Made by a program: the position numbers and the translations under genes. The notes beneath the pieces were generated by a model. That model saw nothing but the letters and a program-made list of their open reading frames with translations. It was not told the DNA's origin and searched no databases. A stretch of DNA of 64,000 nt from NCBI GenBank assembly GCA_050273025.1, contig CP158636.1, forward strand, positions 9,424,001-9,488,000, written 5' to 3'. The DNA is from Cenococcum geophilum. Lineage: Eukaryota. Of the stretch, positions 11,282-24,000 are shown piece after piece. How positions within the stretch are numbered: the first letter of the stretch is position 1; every line of letters starts with the position of its first letter.

Positions 11282-14200
11282 TATTACGGAGTAAGTATAA
11301 GCGACGATAATATATAGCAAAGTAGATATTATTAAGCTATATACATAAACTATATAATAAGATTAAAACGTTACGTAAGGAAAGAAGGTAGGAAAACAGG
11401 AAGAAAGGGTATATATTATTAACTTAGTTACTTAGTTAATACGTATATGGGGCAGAATAGGGTTTAGGTTATAGTCCTAGTAGAACTTAATAAAATTTGG
11501 TAAAACTTCGCAGAATATAGCAGAATGCCGTAGATTGCCATTAGATTGCCATTAGATTGCTATTAAATTGCTATTTTACGGTTAGTCTCTAATTGTTAAG
11601 TTAGTAAAAATAGGTAGATATATACAAGGTATTACGGGGGTATTCTATAATAGTACCCCCCCTTTAAACTTAAGCTTCTGTAAAATAGGGCTATAGTAGT
11701 TCTAAATAGAGTTTGTAAAAATCTTTTACGGCTTATATAAGTCCTATAAAGTTAATAGGTTCCTATAAGGACTTAGTAACATTAGGAAAAAATTTAGCAG
11801 CATTTTACCAGCATTTTTAGCATTTCGCAGCATTTCGCAGCATTTAAAACAGACTATACGCATTAAGCAGCATCTAGGCAGCTATATATATATATTATAT
11901 ATAAAAAAATTATTTTTAGATAGATAATTAGATATAGTATATTATATAATTTTTTTTATAAATTACTTATAAATTACATAAGTTATTTTACTTTTTAAAA
12001 AAATTTAAAAAAATTTAAACTTTTTTTAGAAGTAAAATAACTTACGTAATTTATAAGTAATTTATAAAAATTAATTTTTTATATATAATATATATATATA
12101 GCTGCCTAGATGCTGCTTAATGCGTATGGTCTGTTTTAAATGCTACGAAATGCTGCAAAATGCTAAAAATGCTGGCAAAATGCTGCTAAATTTTTTCCTA
12201 ACGAAAGCCTCTCCATTTTATAAGATATATATATTAGCGTTTCCGTTTATTATACTTAATATTATTAATTCTTTTAATAAAGTACTTGTTTTTACTATCC
12301 ACTTTAACTAATAGGGGAGGGTCTTATATCTGTTTAAGCAGGGCATTTAATATAAAAGTAGTAGGGTAGAGGACTAATGTATAAAATATAGGGTGGATTT
12401 TAACCGTATTAGGGAGCTTTAATTAGTAGGCGTGGGAGAAAATAACCTTCTTAACTTTATAAGGGTCAGCGTTTTTCTAATTAAGTTTCTTAGTATGTTA
12501 TTTTATATTTAAATTTCTTATATCTAGCTAGATAAAGTTACTAATTTAATAGGCCGGTACTAGGGTTTATTTCTTATTCGCTACGGCTTTATAAATAGAT
12601 TAAGCCTATATTATTTTATTAGTAAGAAACTATTATAGTTTCTCTATCTTTTTTATGAATTTATTTACTTTTATAACTTATAAGGCGTAATAAGCGGGGT
12701 AAGGGACGTTACTAAAGGGTTTAAACCCCATTTATAAATACTAGCTATAGTTAGCTAGGAATAGGGAGACCTTTATAGTTTCTAAAACGGAATTATTTAT
12801 AGTAAATTTAGCGAATATAAGCTAGTTAATCTAGTTATCTTATAAGTATAACGTGTATATCTGGATATACTATTCTATTATAGCGTTTACACGCTCTATT
12901 TAACCGTCCGTTTCCGGGTAATATATAGTAAATAGTAGTACTTTAATGCGGAGTTAGGTGGTTAGTTCTTTCTAGAATATAGAGACAAACTAGCTGCCTT
13001 TATTAGAGATAATCGTTTTAGGGAGTCCGTAGAGTTTCTATATATAATCTAGGAATAGTTAGGTAACGGCAGGCGTTAATATATTAAGGTAGGCGATCAA
13101 GTGCCTTATCTTAGATAGTTAGTTTATAACTACTATAATATTTATATAACCCTTACTTATAGAGAGGTTAATAATAAAGTTAATTAAGATATTTTTTTAT
13201 CATCGGTCCGGAACAGGTAGTGGCTTTAATAGGCCGTTATACGTTTTATACGAAGCTTTAGCTTATCGGCAGATATAGCAGCTAGAGACGTATCTTTATA
13301 TTATATTATATATATTTAGCCAGTAATACTCCCGTTAGAGTAGCTTTAGGGTTTTTCCTTAACCTAGGTAGCCGGCTACTAGTAGGTTATATATATGTTT
13401 AAGGAGCTTAAGCTTAAGTTTATTGTGGTTAGGTATAACTAGGTAATTTTAGTAGTATAAGCGGTTCCTATAGGCTTTACATTTACTTGGAGAAATCCTT
13501 TTAGAGCGTCTAATGCCCTTTTATATTAGCTTAAGCGTCTCTTAAATAAACTTATTATTTAGGTATTTATTAGTTATAATCTATTTAATTAATTAATTAG
13601 TTATTTTAAGGACGTATACTATAATATTTTTAGTAGGAGGGTTAAATAGTTTAAGGCGAAGTAAGGTCTAATTTTAGTAAGAGCACGCTTCTTCTAGTAC
13701 TAGCGCGTCTTATAAACGTTAGGTTAGGGTATTAGGCTTCTAGCTTTTAACGCCTAGGTGGTATATAATTAAGAATTAAAAATAGGATAGGTATTTTAAC
13801 TAGCGTGCCTAACAGTGGCTTAGCTGTTTTATAGTTATAAAGTACTATAGGTTTTTATAGTTGCTAAGGACCTTAATTAGGAATTTAGCGCCTTCTAGTT
13901 TAGGTTACTATTATTTAAAATAGCTAATAATAGCTAATAACTCCTTATCATAGATCTTGTAGTTATATTTAGCTAGGTTTAGTCGTTTTAAGAAGTATAC
14001 TATAGGGTATAATACTCTATCCTTATTATATTAAGATAGGATACCTCTAGTAATATAGTTGAATAAGTCGGCTTTTATAACACTTATTTAGTTTAGGTTA
14101 AAGTATTAGAGCACTAGCGTAATAGTAAACATAACCTTTAGATAGGTAAAGGCCTTTTTATATTCCTTGTTAAAGATAAAGGCTTTATCCTTTTAAGTTA

Positions 14201-17200
14201 AAGCTATAAGGGGTAAAACTAAAGCGGAGAAGTTATTAATAAACTATTAGTAGAAATTAGTAAATCCTATAAAGGCTTTTACGTCCTTAACGTTCTCAGG
14301 TTCTTACTAGTTTATAATTACTTCAACTTTCTTTAGGTCTATTTATATGCCGTTTATAAAAATAAGGAGTCTAAGGTATAGGACTTCTGTTTTATAAAAC
14401 TTATATTTATCTATATCTAATTATAAACTAGCTCTGTATAAGGCTTATAGGATAAGATTAACGTATTTCCGATATTCGGTTAGGTTATTACTATATATTA
14501 GGATGTTATTAATACAAGTAGTATAAAAGATGTCCAGGTAGAGACGCAGGGTATTATTTATATAATGTTAAAACGAGCTTAGGGCATTTGTAAGGCCAAA
14601 TAGCGTTACTAAGTATTTAAATAATCCATACTGAGTACGAAATGCAGTAAGCCATTTATCTCCTTTTACTATACGGAGACGGTTAAATGCAAAGATAATA
14701 TTAAGCTTTGTATAGTAGCGAGCCTTACTTAGTTAGTTTAGCGTCTTTTATATTAACGGGATTAGATATTAGTTCTTAACGGTAACGGCGTTAAGGGCTT
14801 AGTAGTCTATATAGAAGCGCAGACTACTACTGGGTTTCTTAACGAAGATTACTAGTGCGGCTATAGGTGACGAGCTTACTCTAATAAATCCCTTACTTAG
14901 GTTCTCGTCTAAATACTTTTATACCACTTAGAGTTTATTTTAGGATATCCTATATAGGTGTCCAAATCTAGGCTGCTTTCCTTCTTTAAGTATAATCTTA
15001 TAGTTATATAGTTGGTATTCCGGTAACTTATTAACTTCCTTTTATAAGAATGCATCTAAGCGGTAATAATACTCTACTAGTACCTTTGTGGCAGGGTTAG
15101 TATGTTTCTTTAGTATTAAGGCTTTTTTAATATCAGCTATAGTGATAGCAAAGATTGTATATTTAGGTTTCTTAGTAAGTCGCGCTAGTGGGGTAGCTCC
15201 AATTATATAGATGTCCAGAGTATTGAGTTCGCTTAGGTTGTCCATAGTTTCTTATATAGATTCTTATTTAGCTTTAGGTTTAGTATTAAATACGGAGTTA
15301 GTATTAGATTTAGGTTTAGGTTCTTTAGGTATTCTCTTTATTATAGGATACTAGTTCCTCTGGTAGTTTTATATACTAAATTTAAGCTTCTGCTTAATTT
15401 AGGGCGATATAGTGCTTAGTAATAACTTATAGAATTTAGTAGAATTTTTAGATCTTTAGTAAATGTCGGTAGAATTCTTATATTAATAGAATTTGGTAAA
15501 ATTCCTATATTAGTGAAATTTGGTGGATTCCTTAGGTGTAGGGTAGACATTAGTGGAAATCTTAGGCTAGTAGATCTTAGTGGATTTCCTAGATTTTAGT
15601 TTAGGGTCTAAGTAGTAAGTTATAAGGTACTTCTGCTTATAATAGGAGACGGTAAATAGAAGCTTAAGGTTGTTTTAATTAATAGTTACCTTATATAGCT
15701 TTATTTAGGGTTGTCTAAGGATTACTAGGTAACCTAGGGTGGTAACGAAAAGCCTAATTAGTTCTTTATAGTTTAGGTATTAGAGTCTTAAGTATACTAC
15801 GTAGGTAATTCGGCCTAAGACCGTGCGTCTGCTATTAAATCTAAATACGTTAATATGCTAGTTAAGGGGGGTTAGGGTAAAACTATTATCTTATATAAAG
15901 ATCTTATTAATAAATCCTATACCACTAGCTCTTGTATTAATTAAGACTTAAGTATTAGCCTATTAATTATTCTACTAAAGACGACAGTTAATAGTTATAC
16001 TACGATCCTAAGAATTAGAGTTTGTGACATCTAAAGCATTTAATAAGATCCTAAGGCAAAGCTGTCCCGGAGAGCTACTTAGCTTTAGGACCTTCCTTTT
16101 AAAGACAATTAAGGTGGGGTTCTTATAGCGCGTTAGTCGTAGCTTCGTCCTTATAAGTAGTGCTTATTAAATAACGTATTAGAGCCGGATAATGATTAGG
16201 GTTAGTAAATAGGGCTTAGTTAAGGCAATTAGTTGCTTATATTAGTCGTCTATTTATATAATTAGGATAACGGGACACCGCCTATACCGGTTATCTGTAT
16301 ATATATTTAGGGCAGCAGGATAGAGTAGTAGCTTAAGATATAAGCGTTACTTCTACACTTAAAACAAAGGCCATATTTAATACGTTATTTATATTTAGTA
16401 GACCATTTTAGGGCGTAAAAGAGGGTTTTAGTGTTAATATCTATAGTATTTAGGTCCTTATAAGTCCTAGGCGGCTAAGGGGTAAAGTATTAAGGTATAT
16501 ATTTTAGGGTAAGGCGTAATATATTGTTATATAAGCCATTAATAACATTAGCGTAGGTAGTAAAGGTATCTAGCAGCTTAACTCCTATAAGGGAAGCCTT
16601 TAGGTTAGGATTTAGTAACTCCACTAAGCGATTAATTAAGGCGGGTTTATTCTATCTAATCTCTTTAGTATAGTAATAGAATTTAGAAAAGTATAATAAA
16701 AAGCTCTTAGAGCTTTGTGTTATCTTATTTAGTTTTCTTTATACTATAGTAATTTAGTTAGGGTTACTATAAGATACTTCTAGTATAGTAACTAGTTCTT
16801 TTATAGTGCTCGGCTAAAATAGGTATATAGTTTCTATGGCATCTTTTATTAGGCGGCTTATAGCATAACGCAACTAGCTATTAGGAGTTAAGTAGCGATT
16901 AATATTACCGTTTAGCTTGTTCTTAAGTTAATTAAAAAAAAGCGTAATTTACTCCTTTTACCTAAATAGGCGGGAGGATTAGGAAGATATTTAGTTAACT
17001 TCTTTCTAGGGGCACTAGTCGGCAAATTTAAGGTTAAAAAGCTAATTTTAGACACATTCTCTCTACCTAGTATTTATAGGTTAATACCGGTAGCGGTAAG
17101 TAGGCGTAACGGTAGGATAGACGGTGGGTTTTAGCGAATCTCTTTAATTTCTTTTTTTAGAGATTTAATTAACTTATAATATCGGGCTTTTTAACGGGCG

Positions 17201-17711
17201 AGGGTGTTGATAAAAGCTTATTACAAGGTCTCCATTTATTTGGTAAATATAGTATATAGGTCCTTTATAGATATAGGGGCTTCTAGGTTGTTCTATATGC
17301 TAATTAGAGCGGTATAGGGTATAGGTTTAATATAATATAGTATTACAGAGTAAGTATAAGCGATAATAATATATAGTAAAGTAGATATTATTGAGCTATA
17401 TATATGAACTGTGTAATAAGATTAAGACATTATATAAGGAAAGAAGGTAGGAAAACGGGAAGAAAGGGCATATATTATTAACTTAGTTGCTTAGTTAATA
17501 TATATATAGGGCAGAATAGGGTTTAGGTTATAGTCCTAGCAAAACTTAGCAGAATTTAGTAGAACTTGGCAGAATATAGCAGAATGCCGTAAATTGCCGT
17601 TAGATTGCCATTAGATTGCCGTTAAATTGCTATTTCGCTATTAGTCTCTAATTGTTAAGTCGGTAAAAACAGGTAAACGTGTGTAAGGTGTCACGGGGGT
17701 GTCCTGTAATA
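11282..17711 (-). mobile_element. Full-length RIP-degenerate Ty3/gypsy chromovirus B nested in gypsy A
   Basis: Two ~371-bp LTRs (11282-11652, 17341-17711); TSD GTTCT/GTTTT (one C>T); PPT at 11653-11665. Motifs: PR LIDTGASG ~15930, RT YIDDILIY ~14500, integrase ~12700-13300, chromodomain (YLIKWRGF…WEP) ~11740-12290. Confidence 0.92.
11779..12204. mobile_element. Fold-back MITE inserted in the chromodomain of gypsy B
   Basis: Left end TA|ACATTAGGAAAAAATTTAGCAGCA, right end TGCTGCTAAATTTTTTCCTAACG; nearly whole-length palindrome with internal (T/C)AGCATTT units. The right-hand TA is missing. Confidence 0.85.
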
Positions 17712-18670
17712 GTTTTATACTACTAGAGGCCTTAGCTAATTAGTCTATATCCTTTTTCCGTTTATTATATAGGTGCCTTTCTAAGTCTTCTATACCTCCT
17801 TAAGTAGGTATTAAGTAACCTCTAGAAAGTCCTTAGCCTTAACTAAATTATAAAAGAATTTACCTAACTTAGATTAAACCCTACTAGATATAGATTTGCC
17901 CTTAAAGGGTTCTAATATATTTATTAGTGACTTTCTCTTATATAGTTTCCGAGAGCCTTATAACAGCTTCCTAATATTTATTTTAAAAGAGATTAGTATA
18001 GGGCTTTTAACCTTCTAAACTTAGGCTTAAGAAAGCTCCTACTATAAAGGTAGTATTAGTACTAGTAGCTAGTATAGGTTTCCTAATAAGCCTTAGGTCT
18101 TAAGTGAGTATTTAGGTTTAGTTTCCTAAAGGAATCGGCCTACTTAGCTTATAAGTAGTCTATATACCGCTACTATACTAATTATAGGCTAGTGGTCTTC
18201 TGAGAGAGTTCTAGTTAGGTCCCTAGTTAAACGCATTAGTATATTTCTTTAGCATTTTTAGCTTAGGGGAAGATTTTAGAGTTGCCTTTAGCGCTTAATC
18301 TTCTAATTAGCCTAGGTAGGGCTAAAGGGGCTCTAGTTGCTTTTTAGTAGCATTGCGACCGTTATAAAGGGTATTTACGTTTTCCTTAGCGATAACTATA
18401 GGTATATAAGAGTCTTCGAGCTCCTAACATATCTAGGTATTAGGGCTCGTTTAGCCATCTTACTTAGAGATTTATATTATCGCAATCTCTTACTATTAAA
18501 GGGACCTTCCTATCTTAGCGCGACGGCTTTCTATAGGGTGTCTATAGAGTTTCTATTTAGGTCATTATAAGATTTTAAAGAATGATAGTAGTTATAAATA
18601 GAAGATATAAACAAACAATCTAATTCTTAAAGCTAACTATCCTTCTAAAAAGGAGTAGGAAAGATTTAAA

Positions 18671-18883
18671 TATAAGGGGACTTTATAGACAGGGGGTTAT
18701 AAGGACACGATTATAGAATAGAATAGATTAGTAAGAGAGATAAATCCTTAAGGAGGTAAGGCTTTAGGGATTATAAAGACTATATACTACGGGTACGTGC
18801 CTCTAGTATATAACTAGTATCTAAGGGGCGTTTAGGAGTTGTCTTAAGGGCAACCTAAGGTGTCCGCAATAATATCCCTTACA
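18671..18883 (-). repeat. 5' LTR (213 bp) of gypsy A
   Basis: TATAAGGGGA…TCCCTTACA (RIP form of TGTAAGGG…CCCTTACA); near-identical solo copy at 53236-53446. Confidence 0.85.
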
Positions 18884-20339
18884 AAACTATAGTAGTAGTT
18901 TTTAAGATCTTACAATCCTATATAAAAACTTTTCACTACCCTCTATAATATTTTAACGACTACTAGCTTTTATCCGTATATTGTGCGATATCTCTATATT
19001 AGCTTTAAGTCTAAGCTTTAAAGACCTAAGTTTATAGCCGTTACTATATATAAGTACAAAGTCCGATTTGCGACGGCCTATTATATAATTATAGGCTTAA
19101 TTATATTTTTTATAACTTGTTATAGTTATTTTAGCTTATTATAAAAATTAAAATTATAAAAAATAAGCTTTATTTATATGTTTAATATATAAATTTATAG
19201 ACTTAGTTAAGTTATTTAAAAGCCGCTATAGGAGTAGAATATGCCCATAAATCCTCTAATAAAGAAATAATTATTTCTAATTAAATCTACAGCATATTAT
19301 GCCCTAAAGCTAATATATATAGTATAGCTAGAAAGCCTACGGAATACGGGAAGGTCGTAGTAGACTTAAAGAATGGATACTATATAGAAAACCGCGATAC
19401 TAAAATAAACTTAATAGGGGGTAACGTAACTATAATAACCAAAGGGTAACGACTAAAGATAATTAAATCTTATAGACCTTCTAAAAGATATTAAGGAAGA
19501 TTTAGGAAGGGGAAAGAATAAATATCCCTGCGTAGGAGTAGTGTGGGTAGCTTAATAAGTAGGCTAAATCGCCTAAGAGCTTTAGGTAAAGTATAATAGA
19601 AACTAAAACGCGGTATAGGATAGGCCTAGACATATTAAGGACGCTATAAAATTATAGAGAATACTAATAGTGTAGGTAGTAAAGCTATTATAGGCTAATA
19701 TCGCTATAGGCGCCTAACTGGCAACTCTTTAGTATATACTTAGTATAGTACTAGTTAGAGTATATATACTAGAGGCAGTGGCGGTAAGGGTCCTATATAG
19801 CGGTAATATAGAGGTTACGCTCCCTAATTAGTAGGTAAATAATTAGACAATTACTTAGGAAAATATCCCTAAGTATAAAATCCTCTACTAAAACTATATA
19901 GTTAAAGTAATAAAAGTACCCCTTAGTATATAAGTAGAAAGTAAATAAAGCGCTATAAATATATATCTTATTTAGAGAATTATAAAGGCTATTGAAAAAC
20001 TAGCCCTAGGAATTACTATAATTAGGGTTATATAGCTTAATAAAGAATCTATAATATATATAGAGGAATTACTAGGGTTCTAAAGAGTTAAAACGCATAG
20101 TACCCTAATAATTAGCCTATTAACCTAAGAGATATAGGCAATATCAGCCTGTAAAGGAGTAGTTATAGGTAGTCTCTAGTATAAAGCCTAGCTATACTAC
20201 TATAGAGTTTAAGTCTAATAATACTATAGATACTAATAGTGGGGATATACCTAGAGTATACTAATACCTATAATACTAAGGACTGCCCTAAGAATAAGGG
20301 AGCTAGATATATAAATTATAGTAAAGAATATAGAGTATA

Positions 20340-20663
20340 TATTACGGGACACCTTTATAACACTATACACACGTCTACTTATTTCTACTAACTTAGTAAT
20401 TAGAGACCGACCACAAGATGGAAATTTGCCGCCATCTATGGCAATTTACTATTCTCTAACGCAATCTACGGAAATCTACTATATTCTGCCAAGTCTGCTA
20501 AATCTTACTAAGTTCTGCCAGGGCCTCTACCCAAATCCTATTCTGCTCTGTGTATATATTAACTAAGCAACCACGTTAACGATATATACCCTTTCTTCCC
20601 GTTTTCTTACCTTCTTTCCTTACGCAATGTCTTGGCTTTATTACGCAGTTTATATATATAGCT
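20340..20663 (+). repeat. Truncated LTR related to the gypsy-B LTR family, inserted in LINE copy 1
   Basis: Reverse complement of 11282-11652-like sequence, including TTTCTTCCCGTTTTCTTACCTTCTTTCCTTACG. One end is missing along with ~250 bp of LINE that is present in copy 2 (~31660-31920). Confidence 0.8.
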
Positions 20664-21012
20664 GGGGACCTATCTTAGTAGAGAATCCTAACTATAGCAG
20701 CTTTAGATAAAACGCCTTAAATATAAGTAAAAGACGCTAATAAGTTATAGAACGAGTTATAAAAGGGTCAATAATAGTATAATATAACTGCGGATACTTA
20801 AAATATAGAGTAATACGCCCTTTATTTAATAGCCTAGACCTAGGAGAATACTAGATAATAGCCCTATAGGAACTAGTATATAATAGGCGAATCCACAAAA
20901 TATACTAAAAGGATACTACCTTCTATATAAATTAGACCTAGCTACCGATATATACTCCCTAATTAGCTAATATATTAGTATATAGGCGTAAAGATATTAT
21001 ACTATTAGTCCT

Positions 21013-24000
21013 TGTCGGGAATAAGGCAAGCGGTCGTTACGTGTCGTCGCGGCACTAGCGTGGCAAGGAGCCTTAAGCTCTTCGCCCTTCCTCATTCCAA
21101 TCAAAAATCAAGCATTATTAAAACAACATCACTATATCTACTCGAGTAGTACTAGTGAGGGAGTTACCCTGTGTTACTAACACTGATTAGTAGTTAAATA
21201 CACAGTCAACCACAGAGCAGCTAGGTCTTTAAACAGAAGAGACAGTCTCGTATAGGGGTGCTATATGCGCTTATATGGAATGGATCCCGGCGATACTGTG
21301 CTACCTTAGACTTGCGGAAAACTAGTAACAGAAGTATTACTGAGTACTAGGAGATACCAAGTTGCGTCTATTACGCAGAATAATCGCGTTTACGAAGATT
21401 TAGTTATACTTTAGGTTAGAAGTATTACTGAACCTAGGGTCCCAAGTTAATGTCCGAAACGCGTCGAACAATATCTTAAATTGCCTACCTTTTGATAGCA
21501 AACCTACGAGATTCTATAAAACCGAAAACCCTACCTACCTTTAACCTATTATGGCGTTAACCTACCTAAAGAAGTACGAGGAAGATATTAACCCAAAGAT
21601 ATGGAATAAAGATATTAACCCTATAAACGCCGAGCAAAAGGACCTAAACGGATTCTTATTATACCATATGGTACACTATATAGACAGCGAATACAACAAC
21701 ACTATGCTATGGTATTGCATAAAGGAGGACTTTGTTAGATGGATAAAGGAAATATAGGCTCTTGCGAATAAGCTTATCGTATAAGACTTCCGTAACTTCC
21801 TTTGGGAGAATAGAGTATTTGTCCCTATGGATGGAAGCGCTATTAGAGACAATATTTAGGAGCAAGTTATTAACGTAAAAGAAGAGCACGAATGGACTCT
21901 ATAAGAGATTGAGCACCAACTACGCACTATAAAGAAGCTCAACTTATAATGGAATCCAAATAATACACTAATAGAGACATATTTAAATTCTATTGCTCTA
22001 GGCATAAGTTCTTACGTTCTATATCTATCGCTTTTATTATCTTTAGCTCCCTAGGATTCACCAATTTAACCTATAACTTTAACTACTAAATAAGAGCAAG
22101 CGCAAGATCCCCTTACTTTGCAATTTAATAACCTTTAAACCCTATTACAGCAAGATTAGGTACTACGCCGTATTCTATTAAGATCTATATCTCTACTGCA
22201 GCCTATAAAGTAATCCCTACCTTAATCTCTAACGCAATTTTAATGTGGCCTAATACCGCTCGGAGGCACCTTAAAAATGCTTATAGAGCTTATAAAGCTC
22301 TATTTAGACCAGGAGAAGAGGTTTAGCAGGGAACTGTATAATATCCTTAATTTAAAGCTGCGCATCTTCTATAACTGTTGCTAGAAGGTTAGACTAGAAC
22401 CTAACCAATATTATAACGCCTACTCCATTATGCTTAAGGGCCGCGCTAGTACCTTCTATTATAATCGTTTGGTAGGAAAAGGATACGATTTTAACCGAAT
22501 GATATATAAGATAAGATGCCACTTTAAAATAGAGGAGAATAAGCAGCAGTATATGTCGGAGTGGAGAGAGACTACCTTTTTAAGGATTATTGCGATAAAC
22601 CTAGATGTCTCTCAACTTAATTGTCTCCAAAAGCTCTTTAATTAACTTTAGATAATTTAGCGTAGTTTATCCGAATTATATTAAGAGGACTTTAGCCTAC
22701 GCGATTAAATTATTAGCGTATGCTAAGGTGTTAAAGAATACAACCTTACTCTCTTTAATCCTGTAAATACTTATAAAGGAGTATATACTTAATTAAGATC
22801 CTCTATTAGCACCGCTCTGCGCTCTTAAGAAGTATAGTAATTTAATACCTAACCCTAACCTACTCCAATTAACCCGGCTGACTAATATAATTATAACTGG
22901 ACCGACTAAATATATGGTGGCCGCGGTAGGGGATATAATAGAGGGTATAATTAACGTTAACTATAAGGTAATTGTAGAGGTTTATTTCGGAGCAATTGTT
23001 AGAAGAAGTGCTACGTTTATAAAAAGCTAAATTACTAGTTAACTAGGCACCCCCTTAATAGATAAAAGGAGGTATATAATAAGTTTCGCTAGAGTATATA
23101 AAACGTTAGAAACCGAGAGGTTACTACGGCCTACTTTTAAAGCTTCCTGGTTTAATATAAAGGCAAAGAAGATCTTAAGGGTGAGGTTAACGAGGCCGAA
23201 TAGCTCCTTATAGATATGGAAATTAAGGACTACTCTCCTAACTAATACTTTACCGAGTATGGTGAGGTAAATAGTATATAAACTATCACTGTCCTTAATA
23301 ACTAATCTATACTTTATTCTATTATAAAGTTAAATATCTTTAACAAGCTAAAGGAAAGTTCCGCGTTCTCCTTTAATAATAGATACTTAGCGAACGTCTT
23401 CTATGGTATTATGCTAGATACTAGAGCCGCAGGAGTATCTATAGTAGGAAAACCTTAAGTTTAAGCTCTTTAGTAGCTTAATAGCTCTATTTAGATTAAC
23501 TAATTAACGGCAGGCTAATATATAATTCGCTTTAGTAAGGGTACTATAATCTCTCTTAGTATAATTAAGGTCTAAACCCCATTAGGATGTATTACTTTCC
23601 ACATTATTCCTACGAACACCCCGTTTCTATTCTACATCTAAGATATAGATAAGTTAGGCGTTAAGCTAGATAACCTTAAGAATATACTTATTTAGGGAGA
23701 TAATTGGGTGCCCGTTATACGTAAGTAGGGTCACCCTTAGTTGCTCCTTTAACAGCTAGAAAGGAGCGTTACTTAGAGTTATTTAACTAAGTCGGAGTTA
23801 CGTTAACTATACCGTTGCTTTGGTCACCTATTAGTTTATAGATTACTTAGGGTTCTTTAGCGAGTAGGTTATAAAGTTAAGGCTAAGATAATTGAGCATC
23901 TTATAAAGTACTGCTATTACTGCTAAATAAACCAGAAGTCCCCTAGCCAATTTAAGTTTACCCTTAAAGATGACTACAACTTTAACTTCTATATTATTAT

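Larger units (their letters stand above)
8690..18883 (-). mobile_element. RIP-degenerate Ty3/gypsy element A, 3'-truncated after RT, interrupted by gypsy B
   Basis: Minus-strand motifs: YLDDILI ~8975, TRYGHFEYLEMPFGLAN ~9060-9110, protease LYDSGAEIN ~10340, FLGFANFYR ~8730. 5' LTR at 18671-18883. Confidence 0.85.

Noticed and set aside
21551..22645. Short ORFs here, and those at 15042, 34931, 59298, 60222 and 60593, as independent genes
   Set aside because: They are stop-free remnants or off-frame reads of retroelement gag/pol sequence.
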